Positions 59,934 to 64,000 of a DNA stretch of 64,000 bases are shown here, piece by piece. Each line of letters opens with the position of its first letter. The stretch's first letter is position 1. Source of the stretch: Acidobacteriota bacterium (GTDB lineage Bacteria; Acidobacteriota; UBA6911; RPQK01; JADFOI01). Location: assembly GCA_963663035.1 (NCBI GenBank), contig OY760074.1:2144001-2208000 (forward strand), in the 5' to 3' direction. The position numbers and the translations under genes were made by a program. The notes beneath the pieces are model-generated. The model was not told the DNA's origin and did no database searches. It saw only the letters and a program-made list of their open reading frames with translations.

Positions 59934-61142
59934 ATGCCTGTACCAAGATTACCCCTGCTACTCGCTAGTCTGGTGTTTTTGTTAACGGCTGGAGGCTGTT
60001 CAAATAAGCCTCCTATACTCAATTGCGTCGTGGACCAGAGTTCCCTGATCGAAGGAGAGTCGACCACGATACAGTCAAATGCGACAGATCCTGATAGAAA
60101 CGACCAACTGACCTTCGCCTGGGCCGCGACTCAGGGGAGACTGGTAGCTCAAAATGGATCGGCTGTTTTCGATTCGACTTCACTAACCCAAGGAACCTAC
60201 ACAGTGAGCCTTGAGGTAACTGACGAGAAGCAGCACTCGGCCACATGTGAAGTCGATGTGAGTGTTGGGAAAAATACAATGGCCCCCACCATAGCCTGTG
60301 AGCCCTCTAATATCATCGTCACTGAAGGCCAGTCCAGGCTCATACAGGCCCGTGCCTCCGATCCTAATAATGACACCCTCCTTTATGTCTGGACGGTGGA
60401 TGGCCGGGCGGTAACCAACAACCAGTCAAGCTTTGACTTTGGAACAGTGAACCGCCCAGTTGGACCTCACACAGTCAACGTTACGGTGTCGGATTCGGAC
60501 GGAATGTCTGCCAATTGCGACTTCAACGTTACCATTGATCCCAGGCCCAATACGGGTCCGAGTGTGTCGTTAACCCTTGACAAGACTGACGCTTATGCAG
60601 GAGACACTGTAAACGCAGCCGCGCAAGCCAGTGATCCGGAAGGTGATCCATTGACCTACACCTGGACTGTGGACGGTCAGCGTCGTGCCGGTACTTCCTC
60701 TCGGCTGCAGATCAGTACCGATGGACTTTCTGGAGGCAGGCACACTGTTGCCGTTGCAGTTGAGGATGATCGCGGTGCCAGCTCCAGCGCCACCCAATCG
60801 TTCGCGGTGAGCGAAAAGATTGTCATGCAGATCGAAGCGGTTCGCCCCGATAACCAGGCCAAAGCCCAGTTGGATGAAATTGCCCTCAAGATGCGGCAGA
60901 ATCAGCAACTGAGGGCTACACTGACCGGGCACACAGACGATCAAGGAAGCGAAGAAGTCAATGAACGGGCCGGACTGCGCCGGGCAGAAGGAGTGCAGGC
61001 TTATCTGGTGAATGAGCAAAACATCGCCGCAAGCCGGATTGAAACCCAAAGTGCCGGCGAGAGCCAACCCATTTCTGATAACCAGACCCCCCAGGGCCGA
61101 AGGGATAACCGCCGAGTCGAAATCGAGCTGTTCGTTCCTTAG
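59934..61142 (+). CDS. OmpA-family lipoprotein with three Ig/PKD-like repeats
   Basis: Lipobox-like AGGC, repeated A.DP..D.L...W units, GHTDDQG...N..RRVEI. Confidence 0.9.
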   Translation: MPVPRLPLLLASLVFLLTAGGCSNKPPILNCVVDQSSLIEGESTTIQSNATDPDRNDQLTFAWAATQGRLVAQNGSAVFDSTSLTQGTYTVSLEVTDEKQHSATCEVDVSVGKNTMAPTIACEPSNIIVTEGQSRLIQARASDPNNDTLLYVWTVDGRAVTNNQSSFDFGTVNRPVGPHTVNVTVSDSDGMSANCDFNVTIDPRPNTGPSVSLTLDKTDAYAGDTVNAAAQASDPEGDPLTYTWTVDGQRRAGTSSRLQISTDGLSGGRHTVAVAVEDDRGASSSATQSFAVSEKIVMQIEAVRPDNQAKAQLDEIALKMRQNQQLRATLTGHTDDQGSEEVNERAGLRRAEGVQAYLVNEQNIAASRIETQSAGESQPISDNQTPQGRRDNRRVEIELFVP

Positions 61143-61151
61143 ACTGCAAGA

Positions 61152-61236
61152 AAGGGGGAAATGTGGGGACAGACTACCCGTTTACCTCATTTCTAAAATG
61201 AGGTAAACGGGTAGTCTGTCCCCACATTTCCCCCTT
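61152..61236. repeat. Perfect 41-bp inverted repeat with a 3-nt loop
   Basis: aagggggaaatgtggggacagactacccgtttacctcattt-cta-exact reverse complement. Confidence 0.95.
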
Positions 61237-61283
61237 GTCCCCACATATCCTTCTCACTGGGCTGCCCCCACACTTCCCTTCCC

Positions 61284-61432
61284 AGCCGGTAGTATGCATA
61301 AGTTTTCGTGACGAAGTGCCGCTGGCGCCGCGATGACAAGGCGTGCGAGGGGTACCCGCTTGCGGGTCGCATAACGCAGTCAGCGTGGATGATTGCGGCA
61401 CTGCAGTAGAAAATTTATGCATACTCCCGGCT
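61284..61432. mobile_element. Family A element, copy 4 (different arms)
   Basis: Arms agccggtagtatgcataagttttc / gaaaatttatgcatactcccggct; core ggtacccgcttgcgggtcgcataacgcagtcag..tgcagtag. Confidence 0.75.
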
Positions 61433-61481
61433 AACTCCTGCGCAAGACTCGTACTGTTGGTGTAGTATTAGGTTCACCTAC

Positions 61482-64000
61482 ATGAAGAGGCCGAGTGGGG
61501 TCGCAGAGGACCCCTTAGAAACTCATTTCCATCCAGCTGTATCAGCATGGTTCCAGCAGCGATTCGGTGAGGCCAGCCAACCTCAGAAGCTAGGCTGGCC
61601 GGCCATCCAAAAAGGCGATCATGTTTTGATCGCCTCTCCCACGGGTTCCGGGAAAACCTTAGCTGCCTTTCTGTGCGCCATTGATCGCCTGGTTCAACAG
61701 GGTGTCGAGGGCCACCTCCCAAACACCACACAGGTCCTTTATATTTCTCCCCTCAAGGCACTAGCCAACGACGTTCGTAAGAATTTGCTGGAACCTCTAC
61801 AGGAGATTCGGGAAACAGCCAGTGAGATGCAACTGGAAATTCCCGAAATCACGCCCAATGTGCGCACTGGGGACACCCCTGGGAGTGAACGCCAAAGGAT
61901 GATTCGGAAGCCGCCCCACATTCTCGTCACCACCCCTGAATCATTGTTTATTCTGTTGACCAGTGAGAGCGGTCGAAGAATGCTGCGAAACGTGAACACC
62001 GTGATTGTGGACGAAATCCACGCACTGGCCAGGGACAAGCGCGGTTCTCACTTGAGCCTTTCCCTGGAAAGACTTGAGGTCCTCACGGGTAAGCCCTTCC
62101 AGCGAGTTGGCCTTTCGGCCACCCAGAAACCGATTGAAGAAATTGCCCGGTTCCTGACCGGAGTTCAACGCAAGGCCGTGGTCCTCGACATGGGACATCA
62201 GCGTCACATGGAACTGGCTGTGGAGGTTCCCCATGATGAGCTGGGAGCGGTGGCAAGCAACGAAATGTGGGAAGAAATCTATGAGAGACTCTCTAAACTC
62301 ATCCACCAGCACCGTACCACACTCATCTTCGTGAACACTCGACGTCTCGCAGAGAGGGTCGCCTATCACCTGGCTGAACGATTCGAAGACGACTCCATAG
62401 CAGCCCATCATGGAAGCCTATCGAGAGATATTCGTCTCAAGGCAGAGGAGCGACTCAAGTCCGGTGAACTGAAGGCAGTGGTAGCAACAGCATCACTAGA
62501 GTTGGGGATAGACATTGGTTCCGTCGACCTGGTCTGCCAACTCGGTTCCACTCGTTTGATCTCCCTTGCCTTACAGCGTATTGGACGTTCCGGTCACTGG
62601 AAGGGAAGCATCCCCAAAGGACGAATCTTTGCCACTACAAGAGACGAACTTCTCGAGTGCGCGGCCTTGGTCTGGGCCATCCGAAAAGGGCAGCTGGATC
62701 GAATCCGGATTCCTCCCGCTCCTCTGGATATTCTGGCCCAGCAGATCGTAGCTGCGGCAGCCAGCCGGGAGTGGGAGGAGGAGGAGCTGTTTCAAGTCTT
62801 CCGTAGAGCTGCTCCCTACTCTTCTCTGCTTCACAAAGATTTTGATGCCATCGTGACCATGCTGTCCGAAGGAATCTCCACTCGCCGGGGACGTAGAGGC
62901 GCTTACTTACACCGCGACCGGATCAACGGAAAGATTCGGGCCGGGCGTGGGGCTCGGTTGGCGGCCTTAACCTCGGGAGGAGCCATTCCCGACCGCGCCG
63001 ATTATCTGGTGAAGGCCGACCCTGAAGAGACTCTGGTAGGGACTCTGGATGAGGATTTCGCAGTGGAGAGTATGCAGGGCGATATCTTTCTGCTGGGGAA
63101 CACCTCCTGGCGCATCCGTCGGGTTGAAGCTGGGGTCGTGCGGGTGGAAAACGCCGGCGGTGCCCCTCCCACTGTGCCGTTCTGGCGCGGCGAGGCGCCG
63201 GCCCGCACAGACGAGCTCTCTCAGGCTTTCTCGGAACTTCGCGAGCAAATTGTGGCTCGCGGCGTAGAAGCCCAACCATGGCTCAAGGGAGAATGCGGGC
63301 TCGATGACAGCGGAGCCCAACAGGCCGTCCAATATGTGCTGGCGGGAGAGGCTGCTCTGGGTGCACTGGCAACTCAGAACCGGGTGGTCGCAGAGCGTTT
63401 CTTTGACGAGTCGGGTGGGATGCAGCTTGTGTTACATACCCCTTTTGGGAGCCGGATTAACAGAGCCTGGGGTCTGGCCTTGCGCAAACGGTTCTGCCGC
63501 TCTTTTAACTTTGAGCTTCAGGCAGCAGCAACCGAGAATGGAATTCTCATTTCGCTCAGCGATCAGCACAGCTTCCCTTTGGATAGCATTTTTGCTTTTT
63601 TGTCTTCCAAAAATGTACGCGAGGTTCTGATTCAGGCGCTGTTGGCAGTTCCTCTTTTCGGTACTCGCTGGCGCTGGAATGCAAGTCGTGCCCTGGCGAT
63701 AATCCGTTTCTCGAATGGCCGAAAGGTGCCTCCTCCTCTGCAACGAATTCGTTCTGATGATCTCCTGGCTTCTATTTTTCCGGAGCAGGCAGCCTGCCTG
63801 GAGAATATCCAGGGGGACATTGTGGTTCCCGACCATCCGCTGGTTTTCGAAACCGTTCGAGACTGCGTGAATGAAGCCATGGATGTGGACGGTCTCATAG
63901 GGGTTTTAAGCAAGATAGAAGACGGAGAAATCGAATGTGTGGCAATGGATACCAGGGAACCCTCTCCATTTAGCCATGAGATCCTCAACGCCAACGCATA
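61482..64000 (+). CDS. lhr: Lhr-family DEAD/H helicase (partial, runs off window)
   Basis: Manual translation: [60 protein letters not shown]. Confidence 0.93.
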   Translation, partial: MKRPSGVAEDPLETHFHPAVSAWFQQRFGEASQPQKLGWPAIQKGDHVLIASPTGSGKTLAAFLCAIDRLVQQGVEGHLPNTTQVLYISPLKALANDVRKNLLEPLQEIRETASEMQLEIPEITPNVRTGDTPGSERQRMIRKPPHILVTTPESLFILLTSESGRRMLRNVNTVIVDEIHALARDKRGSHLSLSLERLEVLTGKPFQRVGLSATQKPIEEIARFLTGVQRKAVVLDMGHQRHMELAVEVPHDELGAVASNEMWEEIYERLSKLIHQHRTTLIFVNTRRLAERVAYHLAERFEDDSIAAHHGSLSRDIRLKAEERLKSGELKAVVATASLELGIDIGSVDLVCQLGSTRLISLALQRIGRSGHWKGSIPKGRIFATTRDELLECAALVWAIRKGQLDRIRIPPAPLDILAQQIVAAAASREWEEEELFQVFRRAAPYSSLLHKDFDAIVTMLSEGISTRRGRRGAYLHRDRINGKIRAGRGARLAALTSGGAIPDRADYLVKADPEETLVGTLDEDFAVESMQGDIFLLGNTSWRIRRVEAGVVRVENAGGAPPTVPFWRGEAPARTDELSQAFSELREQIVARGVEAQPWLKGECGLDDSGAQQAVQYVLAGEAALGALATQNRVVAERFFDESGGMQLVLHTPFGSRINRAWGLALRKRFCRSFNFELQAAATENGILISLSDQHSFPLDSIFAFLSSKNVREVLIQALLAVPLFGTRWRWNASRALAIIRFSNGRKVPPPLQRIRSDDLLASIFPEQAACLENIQGDIVVPDHPLVFETVRDCVNEAMDVDGLIGVLSKIEDGEIECVAMDTREPSPFSHEILNANA

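Overview
A 64-kb, mostly housekeeping segment of a bacterial chromosome. Gene order and protein types suggest Acidobacteriota, which is an inference. It carries rpoD with a CAT-anticodon tRNA, rplU-rpmA-obgE-nadD-rsfS, ileS-lspA-lolA-fabH, ispE-prs-rplY-pth-hppA, rpsF-rpsR-rplI-dnaB-alr, ispDF, uvrC, lpxC, rph-rdgB and a partial lhr. I found no transposase, integrase, CRISPR array or rRNA. The unusual signals are non-coding. (1) A 126-nt in-frame, stop-containing, hairpin-rich insertion (17407-17532) separates a gene from its likely C-terminus (..EEEMFI*). It carries a split copy (13 + 17 nt) of a contiguous 29-nt site just downstream. (2) There are two families of non-autonomous inverted-repeat elements. 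Family A has four copies with a conserved core but three different arm sequences. Family B has two 276-bp copies that give two unrelated proteins nearly the same C-terminal peptide, plus a mini-remnant and an orphan arm. (3) Heptamer microsatellites occur as inverted pairs, start at stop codons, and enter coding sequence. (4) There is a perfect 41-bp palindrome. One membrane-protein gene is multiply frameshifted.
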